64,000 bases of DNA from assembly GCA_963706325.1 (NCBI GenBank), contig CAVPLT010000004.1, positions 96,001 to 160,000 on the forward strand, given 5' to 3'. The DNA comes from an uncultured Nitrospiraceae bacterium. GTDB taxonomy: Bacteria; Nitrospirota; Nitrospiria; Nitrospirales; Nitrospiraceae. The notes under the pieces were generated by a model. It was not told where the DNA came from. It was given only the letters and a program-made list of their open reading frames with translations, and made no database searches. The translations under genes and the position numbers were made by a program. Positions 11,049 through 19,398 of this stretch are shown here, piece after piece (position 1 is the first letter of the stretch; each line of letters begins with the position of its first letter).

Positions 11049-11165
11049 GCCGCTGAAAACGCCGTCCAGCGGCGTTCTCACCTCGAACGCATCCTCAACG
11101 TACCCCAAGGGTACGCCTCCGGTGCGTTCGTCGGCTGCGGCCTTGCTGGGCACGTTTTGAGCGGC
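11049..11165. repeat. Intergenic structured repeat family A, copy 3
   Basis: Ends GCCGCTGAAAACG...CGTTTTGAGCGGC; core CCTCAACGTACCCCAAGGGTACGCCTCCGG. Confidence 0.8.
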
Positions 11166-11201
11166 CTATTGAACATAGCCAGTGGTTAGTGAGTTCCGAA
11201 T

Positions 11202-11888
11202 ATGAATACCATTTCTCTTCTGGCGGGTCTCCGCTTCATCGATAGCTTTTTCCCTTCCGGCGGGTACGCCTATTCTTCGGGGTTGGAAGCGGCGGTACAG
11301 GGTGGCGCGGTGCGTTCCGGGGACGATCTTTCTCTGTACGTCGAGGATATGTTTCGGCAGGGGGTGACGCACCGCGAGGCTGTGGCAGTGGCGGTAGCCC
11401 ATGAAGCCCTTACTCGCAATGACATCCAGGCGGCGTTGTGGATCGATCATGAACTGCATGCAATGAAAATCGGGCAGGAGTCGCGCGTCGCGAGTCAGCA
11501 GATGGGACGGCAGGTGGTGAAGATTGCGGTCGAGCCGCCTGACACCCATATCGTGTTGAGAGATTTTTATGCGGCGATGGAGGCGGAACGCACGCCGGGT
11601 CATCTTCCTGTCTCTTTGGGTTTGACGCTGGCGAATGCCGGTTGGGACAAAATGGAAGCCATTGCCGCTTTTTGTTACCAAACAGCTGTTGGGTTTGTGT
11701 CGGCGGGGTTGAAACTGTTGCCGATCGGACAGCGTGAAGGGCAACATCTGCTCGAGCGCTGGATGCCGATGCTCGATGATTGCGTCAGCCGTGCGAGTGA
11801 GGCACAGGCAATGACCGCTTGGACACCAATCCAGGATATCTATGCCATGCGGCACGGGCGCTTGGAGTCGCGACTCTTCCGGTCGTAA
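11202..11888 (+). CDS. ureF: Urease accessory protein F
   Basis: DSFFPSGGYAYSSGLEAA; C-terminal H..LESRLFRS. Confidence 0.95.
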   Translation: MNTISLLAGLRFIDSFFPSGGYAYSSGLEAAVQGGAVRSGDDLSLYVEDMFRQGVTHREAVAVAVAHEALTRNDIQAALWIDHELHAMKIGQESRVASQQMGRQVVKIAVEPPDTHIVLRDFYAAMEAERTPGHLPVSLGLTLANAGWDKMEAIAAFCYQTAVGFVSAGLKLLPIGQREGQHLLERWMPMLDDCVSRASEAQAMTAWTPIQDIYAMRHGRLESRLFRS

Positions 11889-11982
11889 GAGCTGGTGGCA
11901 GCAAAGAGCGAGAAGTGGATAGTATCCGAATCAGCTCTTTATATCGGCCGCACGCCATGTGCTATGTGCGGGTGAGGAACTG

Positions 11983-12654
11983 ATGCACCGTGAAGAAGAA
12001 CATTTCTGTGGGAACGGTTCCCCAACCAATGCGCGGGCGAAAGGCATTCCCATCATCGGGATTGGGGGGCCGGTCGGATCGGGCAAGACCGCGCTTGTGG
12101 AAGCACTCTGCCTGAAATTGCGTAATCACTACAGTTTGGCAGTAGTGACTAATGATATTTTCACGAAGGAAGACGCGGAGTTTCTGACGAAGCGGGGGGC
12201 GCTCCCGCAGGACCGCATTTTGGGAGTAGAAACCGGCGGCTGCCCGCATACGGCGATTCGCGAAGATGCCTCCCACAATCAGGCGGCGCTGGACGAATTG
12301 CTCAAGCGCCATCCCGATGTTGACCTGATGTTTGTCGAAAGCGGCGGTGACAATTTGGCTGCGACCTTCAGTCCTGAATTGGTCGATCGCGTCATTTATG
12401 TGATCGACGTGGCCGCGGGAGATAAGATTCCGCGCAAGGGTGGGCCTGGAATCACGCGCTCCGACTTACTGGTCATCAATAAGATCGATTTAGCACCGCA
12501 TGTCGGCGCCGATCTCGCGGTGATGGATCGGGATAGCCGGAAGATGCGTGGCGAGCTGCCGTTCATCTTCACCAACCTTCATGCGGGCCAGGGCCTGGAT
12601 CGGGTGATCGAATGGCTCGAAAAGGCGGTGCCATTGCGCGTGCATCGTCACTAA
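11983..12654 (+). CDS. ureG: Urease accessory GTPase G
   Basis: [29 protein letters not shown]. Confidence 0.97.
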   Translation: MHREEEHFCGNGSPTNARAKGIPIIGIGGPVGSGKTALVEALCLKLRNHYSLAVVTNDIFTKEDAEFLTKRGALPQDRILGVETGGCPHTAIREDASHNQAALDELLKRHPDVDLMFVESGGDNLAATFSPELVDRVIYVIDVAAGDKIPRKGGPGITRSDLLVINKIDLAPHVGADLAVMDRDSRKMRGELPFIFTNLHAGQGLDRVIEWLEKAVPLRVHRH

Positions 12655-12668
12655 GTAGTCAGGCGTCC

Positions 12669-13532
12669 ATGCCGACTCTGCTCCCCAATCAGTCGATCCT
12701 CTCCGAGGTCGGGCGTGTCGGGCGGCTAGACCTGCAGTACACACGGCAGAACCAGCGGACCATTTTGGCTCAGTCCCGCTGTTCCAGCCCCTGGCATCTC
12801 TTCCCGCCGATGTATTTGGATTCATCCGGCTGTGCCTTCACCTCTCTCATGAATCCATCCGGCGGATTCGTGGCAGGCGATCACCTTTTAATCCAGGCGG
12901 CCCTCGAGCGTGATGCGCATGTCGTGCTCTCAACGCCGTCGGCCAATCGTGTCTATCGCTCCCTGGGTGAAGAGGCCAGGCATACGGTACGCCTGTCTGT
13001 GGCATCCGGTGGCATACTTGAATGGTTCCCTGAGATGACGATTCCTTTCGCTGGGTCGCGCTTCGTCCAGACGATGGATGTACGACTCGCGACGGGCGCG
13101 ACCGCGCTGATCTGGGACAGTGTCGCTAGTGGTCGAGTCGCACGGGGAGAACGCTGGGCCTTTGCATCCTTACAGAATCACATCCGGATTACGACGTCAT
13201 CGGGAGGGCGGTTACTCGAACGATATGAGGCAAGGCCGCAGCCGGGGCAGGCCGGTCTGGTCTCCGCCTATAATTATGTTGCGTCACTCTTCGTTGTCAG
13301 TGAGTCGACCGATACGGCCATGTGGAGCGCGCTACGCGGAACGGTGGAAGAAATCCTCGATGGTTGGCCGGGCGATGTGTTGGGTGGAGTCACTGAACCA
13401 CCGCTTCCCGGGCTTGTCGTCAAGCTGGCGGCTCGATCGGCGCAAGGTCTTGCTGCGGCTCAAGATGCCTTGTGGCATGCTATCCGCAGCGGGCTGCTCG
13501 ATCTATCGAGACCCGAGTTGCGTCGGTATTAA
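12669..13532 (+). CDS. ureD: Urease accessory protein D/H
   Basis: NPSGGFVAGD, STPSANRVY, LEWFPEMTIPFAGS; C-terminal LRRY; follows ureG. Confidence 0.9.
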   Translation: MPTLLPNQSILSEVGRVGRLDLQYTRQNQRTILAQSRCSSPWHLFPPMYLDSSGCAFTSLMNPSGGFVAGDHLLIQAALERDAHVVLSTPSANRVYRSLGEEARHTVRLSVASGGILEWFPEMTIPFAGSRFVQTMDVRLATGATALIWDSVASGRVARGERWAFASLQNHIRITTSSGGRLLERYEARPQPGQAGLVSAYNYVASLFVVSESTDTAMWSALRGTVEEILDGWPGDVLGGVTEPPLPGLVVKLAARSAQGLAAAQDALWHAIRSGLLDLSRPELRRY

Positions 13533-13540
13533 ATGTCGAG

Positions 13541-14400
13541 CTAGGGCTGTGGCTGAGAGTTTCGTGGACTCCTTTTCGGTTTGGGTTTGCCCGCTCCGGA
13601 TTCTTTTTCGGCCAGTTGGCGCCGCGTCGATTCGAGCTCTTCTTTGACTCGCTGCAACTTTTCCGCTTGTTTGACGACCAAATCTTTCGTGGCTTGCAGC
13701 TCCTGCTGAAGGCGGGCCTGGTCGGGTGCAGCGGAGGGCTTGGCTAGCCGGGCCTCTTGAACGCTGCTAGCCTCGACTGCCTGCGGGGCAGCGGCGAGCG
13801 AAAGTTGGGTGAGCGCCTTGACGGCAATAGCAATGCGAGGCTGCGCCGGGTCGATGATCATCCAAGATTGCGGGGCATCGGCTTCTACCTTAGCCTCTTC
13901 AGGATGGATCGCGAGTCTGAATGACCCAAGTCGTGCGTCGACTTGCCCTGGCTGACTGCGGTAATGCGCGAGTGTAATTTGGAACACATTGCGGTACTAG
14001 TAAAGGGAGCCGCCCGTCACCATGCCATCATCTTTCACTAAGAATTTCACCCGTTGATTCGGCTCAGCCTCGGTGAGGGCTTTGCTGATGAGCGGAGCCA
14101 AGAACGCGATTTCTTCGTGCGAGAAGAGAGGATAGCCGCCCTGTACATCCGTGGTTTTGGCCCGTTCGACGCCTGAGATCAGCAATCCTGTCAGGAGCTG
14201 CGCAGTCTGCCCAGGCGAGATCTCTGCGGGATGCGAGGCTTGAAAGATGTTCGGCGGGCCGCTGAACCCGCAGTGGTGCCTCTGGTTCCCAACCGCTCAA
14301 GGACGACCGATCCCAAGGCCCATCCCCGATTCGAATGATGGTGCCGGTTCCGCTGCGGGTAGAGAGCAGTAGGCCGGAGAGGATGACGGCAAGGACCGAT
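13541..14400 (-). pseudogene. Disrupted paralogue of the 'FQASHP' lipoprotein at 1-234
   Basis: Pieces lie in three frames: ...GTGTIIRIGDGP / LGSVVLERLGTRGTTA / FSGPPNIFQASHPAEISPGQTAQLLTGLLISG...GSLY. An in-frame TAG (13997-13999) is followed by YRNVFQITL.... The 5' boundary is approximate. Confidence 0.65.
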
Positions 14401-14528
14401 CCGGTGGCGACTGGATGTCCGCAGGAAATGGCGCGCCCTGTAGGAACCCAAGCTGCATGGAGCCGGATTGTACCACAGGGGGGAAGCCGAACTGCATGGT
14501 TTCCCTGAGAAAAGCCTGGATCTAGTAG

Positions 14529-14558
14529 TTGACAGTCCATTCTGGCCGGTGATATACA
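14529..14558 (+). promoter_or_regulatory. Putative promoter TTGACA-N18-TATACA upstream of nadE
   Basis: TTGACA 14529-14534 and TATACA 14553-14558. Confidence 0.65.
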
Positions 14559-14574
14559 CCAGGCACCATTTTCC

Positions 14575-14677
14575 GGAGACAACGGAGTCTTCGACGGGCG
14601 CTTCGGTCGATTATCAAATGCAGACAGGACAACGACGTCCTCCGATCCACACCCGTGGGTTTGAGGACGTTTTTTTT
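14575..14677 (+). promoter_or_regulatory. ANTAR-type dual-hairpin antitermination leader with intrinsic terminator
   Basis: P1 is GGAGAC-AACGGA-GTCTTC (14575-14592) and P2 is AGGAC-AACGAC-GTCCT (14626-14641). Terminator ACGTCCTC...GAGGACGT is followed by T8. Confidence 0.8.
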
Positions 14678-14821
14678 CAGCATGCTGAAATCGGCCCGTT
14701 ACGTTGTTCTCATCCGCCGCTCAAGCACCTCGACGCGTAGCCCACTGTGCAACTGGGTGGCCGTGGTCCTGGCGGCTTCGTGGCATGACGGATTTGAGCC
14801 TGCTGGTACGGAAGCGCACTG

Positions 14822-16591
14822 ATGCGATCGATACGGATTGCGATGGCACAAATGAACACGACGGTCGGTGACCTGTCAGGCAATGTTCGCCGCATTACGG
14901 GCTGGATACGAGAGGCTCGTCGGGCACGCGCAGATTTGGTAGCTTTTCCGGAGTTGGCGATCACTGGGTATCCGCCGGAAGATTTGCTGTTCAATCCTCG
15001 CTTTCTTGATGAGACGTATCGTGCATTGAAGATGGTGGCGGCGGAGGCGCGCGGACTGGTTGTGGTGGTGGGGTATGTCGGTCGGGGAACGAAGACGGGG
15101 CCGTTTCCCGATCCGTCCTCTTTATCTTCCGTCGGTCGCCATGATTTGTACAACGCAGCGGCTCTGTTGTTCGGTCGTCGCGTGCTGGCCAGCTACTGTA
15201 AGCGACATTTGCCGAACTACGGGGTGTTCGATGAGAGCCGCTATTTTCAGCCCGGGCGTCGCCTCCCGCTCCTGGTGCTGAATGGCACCAGGATTGCGGT
15301 CAACATCTGCGAAGACATTTGGTTTCCTGAGGGACCCACAAGGATGCAGGCCGCAGCGGGAGCAGAAGTCATCGTCAACATCAACGCATCTCCATTTCAT
15401 ATAGGCAAATGCCGGATGCGTGAGCAAGTGTTAGCAACGAGGGCGCGGGATAACCGGGTCATTGTGACGTACACCAATACGGTCGGGGGGCAGGATGAGC
15501 TGGTCTTCGACGGCAGCAGCTTGATTGTCGATCAGACTGGCGAGATCATCGTGCGCGGGAAGGCGTTTGAAGAAGATCTGATCATTGCCGATCTTGATGT
15601 TGCGGCGGTGGGTCGGGCACGGCTGGCGAGGGGGCGTAAGAAGTCGATACCTCCTCGGGTGGCAGTTCTCGTAGACCGAATTGCCGTTCGGTTACCCGCC
15701 AGAAAATCACGGTCGCTGGCTGTTCCGGCGCTGAGCCCGCAACTGGAGCCGTTGGAGGAGGCCTATCGGGCGCTCGTCCTTGGGGTGCAAGATTACGTCC
15801 GGAAGAACGGCTTTAAGCGTGTCGTCATCGGTTTGAGCGGCGGAGTAGACTCGGCCATCACGGCAGTCATTGCGGTGGATGCCCTCGGCGCGGAGAACGT
15901 GCTCGGGGTCTTCATGCCCTCGCCCTACACCTCAAAGGTCAGCCGCGAGGATGTCGTCGATCTAGGCCGTCGGCTCCAGATTCAGGTGGACACGCTGTCT
16001 ATCACGTCGACGTTCAAGAGTTATCTGCGTACGCTCACCCCCTCCTTCAAAGGCTCGCGCCCCGATACGACCGAAGAAAATCTTCAAGCCCGTATCAGGG
16101 GCAACCTGTTAATGGCCTATTCGAATAAGTTCGGCCATCTCGTACTGACGACCGGCAACAAGAGTGAGATGAGCGTGGGGTATGCAACGCTCTACGGCGA
16201 TATGGCGGGCGGGTTTGCCGTCATCAAAGATGTGCCGAAAACCATGGTCTATGAACTCGCGCATCTGAGGAATGCGTTGGGGCCGTCTCCGGTGATCCCG
16301 AATCGTATTCTGGAACGCCCTCCCACGGCGGAACTGCGCCCCGATCAAAAGGACGAGGACAGTTTGCCGCCGTATCCGCTGTTGGATCCTATTCTGAAGG
16401 CTTATGTGGAGGAAGACCGGACGCTGGAAGACATTGTGGCCATGGGGTTCGATAGAGCGACGGTGGCTCGGGTCATGACCATGGTCGACCGAAGCGAGTA
16501 TAAGCGGCGCCAAGCGCCGCTGGGGATCAAGATCACCTATCGGGCATTCGGCAAGGATCGGCGCATGCCGATCACAAACGGGTATCGATAG
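14822..16591 (+). CDS. nadE: Glutamine-dependent NAD+ synthetase
   Basis: N-terminal nitrilase-like domain (FPELAITGYPPEDL, LPNYGVFDE, ICEDIW); synthetase domain GLSGGVDS, ENLQARIRG, TGNKSE, PTAEL. Confidence 0.96.
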   Translation: MRSIRIAMAQMNTTVGDLSGNVRRITGWIREARRARADLVAFPELAITGYPPEDLLFNPRFLDETYRALKMVAAEARGLVVVVGYVGRGTKTGPFPDPSSLSSVGRHDLYNAAALLFGRRVLASYCKRHLPNYGVFDESRYFQPGRRLPLLVLNGTRIAVNICEDIWFPEGPTRMQAAAGAEVIVNINASPFHIGKCRMREQVLATRARDNRVIVTYTNTVGGQDELVFDGSSLIVDQTGEIIVRGKAFEEDLIIADLDVAAVGRARLARGRKKSIPPRVAVLVDRIAVRLPARKSRSLAVPALSPQLEPLEEAYRALVLGVQDYVRKNGFKRVVIGLSGGVDSAITAVIAVDALGAENVLGVFMPSPYTSKVSREDVVDLGRRLQIQVDTLSITSTFKSYLRTLTPSFKGSRPDTTEENLQARIRGNLLMAYSNKFGHLVLTTGNKSEMSVGYATLYGDMAGGFAVIKDVPKTMVYELAHLRNALGPSPVIPNRILERPPTAELRPDQKDEDSLPPYPLLDPILKAYVEEDRTLEDIVAMGFDRATVARVMTMVDRSEYKRRQAPLGIKITYRAFGKDRRMPITNGYR

Positions 16592-16606
16592 CAGCGTGCG
16601 GTATGA

Positions 16607-16719
16607 TGACCGACAATGACGCCGGTCAGCGGGGCTGGCAATGGCGCCAGAGAATAAGACACGCGGCCTTAGACGGAGGCCGTCGACACAATGTTGTTAT
16701 TTCTTTGGGAGGTGCCATG
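16607..16719 (+). promoter_or_regulatory. ANTAR-type dual hairpin with an alternative helix over the RBS/start codon (putative translational switch)
   Basis: TGACCGAC-AATGAC-GCCGGTCA (16607-16628) and CTGGC-AATGGC-GCCAG (16635-16650), with a 6-nt linker. ATGGCGCC (16641-48) is complementary to GGTGCCAT (16711-18). Confidence 0.65.
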
Positions 16720-17547
16720 CAGGTGCTCGGAGGACAGTATGTGCGAGGGTGGATGCGTAGATGCATGATGGCACCAATGTTGTTGGTCGGCTCGAATGCT
16801 CAGGCGCAGGACGTAGAGGTCGTCGCACCCAAGGCAATAACAGCTAGATGGACAAGGACCAAGCACTCGGTGTCGGTGACGATGCAAGCGGACAGTTTTT
16901 CCGGCTCCAACCCATCGATTTATGGAACGTACGGACTAACCGACAATGTCGCGCTCGCCTTCAACTTCTCCAATCGGACCATGATCAGCAGAGTCGGCAT
17001 ACATGACAATGCGCCATGACTGGAAAGGGATGTGGGCTTGAATTTGACCTTCCTAGAGAAACGGCTGTCCATCACACCCATGATCGGGTTCGCACATGGT
17101 CAGCTCTTGTCGGCACGGGTGCATACTTTCCAAACGGCGGAGGCAGTGTGAACAGACGCACCACCGCGTTTGAACGCGCCATGCCGAATGTAACCATGAA
17201 TTACCTCGACAATCGGTTCGAAGGGGAGTTCTATCTGGGGTACTACAAGGTGATTCGGAGCGAAGGCGGAAGCGACAGCGGGGGAGTAATCAAATTGTGG
17301 CAATCCCGGCGATATGAATCGCCTGGGGTCGGCTCAGGCGGGTGGCAGGGGTACCTGAGACTTCTTGCACTTCTGGGTGAGCGCCGGAGTACGCGTGAAC
17401 AGCATGTGGTCGATGGGGGCGCATCACGAACATCTGCTGACGACCCGTGACAGCAGCGCACCGGGAGCTGCACAGGACTACTATCGCTGGATCGGGCCCT
17501 ATGTCGAAATGAACTTCCGGGCAACATGGCCTTCCGGTTTACGGTAA
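16717..17547 (+). pseudogene. Fragmented exported/outer-membrane protein gene
   Basis: GGAGG plus ATG 16717 and a signal-peptide-like end (SNAQA-QD). Amphipathic aromatic beta-strand-like fragments are spread over several frames (YGTYGLTDNVAL, FEGEFYLGYY, YYRWIGPYVEMNF). Confidence 0.5.
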
Positions 17548-17686
17548 GCAAAGACCTGACCGATAATCAGGATTTCTACAAATTGAATTTACCAAGGCCT
17601 TTTGATTCCGGCCAGCCGCGTGAGGCTCAGGACGAGAAGGGGTGTCCTTCTGGTCCCGAGTTTCCCGATGCGAAGGAGGCTCGATC

Positions 17687-19012
17687 GTGACCATATTGAA
17701 GCGTTCCGGCATCCTACTCTGTTCAGGGTTGGGACTGCTCATGGCGTTGCTGATTGGAATTTCTGACGCCGGGGCCCAGAGTGCGCCATTAAAAGCCGAT
17801 AGCGGGGATACGGCCTGGGTGCTCGTGTCGTCAGCATTCGTGCTGGCGATGCTGATGCCCGGGCTCGCGCTGTTTTACGGAGGATTGGTGCGCACCAAAA
17901 ACGTGCTCGCGACTATCATGCAGAGCATCATGATCTTGAGCGTGGTCAGCGTGCTGTGGGTCCTGTTCGGGTACAGCCTGGCCTTCGGACCGGATAAAGG
18001 CGGTGTGATTGGCGGCTTGGACTGGGTCGGGCTCAGCGGGGTGGGCGCCGAACCGCATCCAATCTACGGACCGACGATTCCTCACCAGGCCTTCGTGTTG
18101 TTTCAGATGATGTTTGCGGCGATCGCTCCGGCGTTGATCACGGGCGCCTTCGCCGAACGGAAGCGTTTTACGTCGGTCGTGTTGTTTGCGGGGATCTGGT
18201 CGCTCGTGGTCTATGTGCCGCTGGTACATTGGATCTGGGGTGGGGGATGGTTGGCCAAATTGGGCGCCTTGGATTTTGCCGGCGGCGCGGTCATCCACAT
18301 CAACTCCGGCGCATCGGCCCTGGTCTGCGCGATTATGTTGGGCAAGCGGCGAGGGTATGGGACTGATTATATGGCGCCCCACAATCTTCCGATGACGTTG
18401 CTCGGGACAGGCTTTTTGTGGTTCGGGTGGTTTGGTTTCAACGGCGGCAGCGCGCTGGGCGCGAATGGCATTGCCGTGTCGGCCATCCTCGCGACCCATA
18501 CGGCGGCGGCTATGGGTGCCATGGCCTGGTGTGGGGTCGAGTGGGCACATCGCGGCAAGCCTACCGTATTGGGGGTCGCAAGCGGAGCCGTCGCCGGGCT
18601 CGCGACCGTGACGCCCGCGGCAGGCTATATCAGTCCGCTTTTCGCGCTGGCGATCGGTACCGTGGCCGGTATGGCCTGCTATGGAGCGATTGTCTGGAAG
18701 GGGCGATTCGGCTATGATGACTCGCTTGACGTCGTGGGGATTCATGGAGTCGGGGGAGTGATCGGGATTCTCGCTACCGGACTCTGTGCCAGCAAGCTTA
18801 TCAATCCGGCCGGCGCCGATGGCCTGCTCTATGGCAATCCTGGTCTCTTGGGCATCCAGCTGCTCGTTGTGGTAGTCACGGCGATTTTCTCGATGGTCGG
18901 CACATTTGTCATCCTCAAATTGGTCGATTCCATGACAGGGTTGCGCGTGTCTCCTGAAGAGGAAGCGAACGGGCTGGATTTGAGTCAACATAACGAGCGG
19001 GCTTATTCGTGA
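17687..19012 (+). CDS. amtB: Ammonium transporter (Amt family)
   Basis: DSGDTAW, LMPGLALFYGG, FQMMFA, DFAGG, LWFGWFGFNGGS, DDSLDVVGIHGVGG, GLDLSQHNERAY. Confidence 0.96.
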   Translation: MTILKRSGILLCSGLGLLMALLIGISDAGAQSAPLKADSGDTAWVLVSSAFVLAMLMPGLALFYGGLVRTKNVLATIMQSIMILSVVSVLWVLFGYSLAFGPDKGGVIGGLDWVGLSGVGAEPHPIYGPTIPHQAFVLFQMMFAAIAPALITGAFAERKRFTSVVLFAGIWSLVVYVPLVHWIWGGGWLAKLGALDFAGGAVIHINSGASALVCAIMLGKRRGYGTDYMAPHNLPMTLLGTGFLWFGWFGFNGGSALGANGIAVSAILATHTAAAMGAMAWCGVEWAHRGKPTVLGVASGAVAGLATVTPAAGYISPLFALAIGTVAGMACYGAIVWKGRFGYDDSLDVVGIHGVGGVIGILATGLCASKLINPAGADGLLYGNPGLLGIQLLVVVVTAIFSMVGTFVILKLVDSMTGLRVSPEEEANGLDLSQHNERAYS

Positions 19013-19048
19013 ATGACGCCGTCGACTGAGAGCGGTCGCCGGTCCTAG

Positions 19049-19396
<348 letters not shown>

Positions 19397-19398
19397 GT

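Noticed and set aside
13997..13999. In-frame TAG read as pyrrolysine or programmed readthrough
   Set aside because: The same gene also has frameshifts and no pyl genes are visible; decay is the simpler explanation.
17550..17686. Hairpin upstream of amt (GGAC..AGAAGG/CCTTCT..GTCC) as another ANTAR site
   Set aside because: No AAnGnn hexaloop pair and no U tract.
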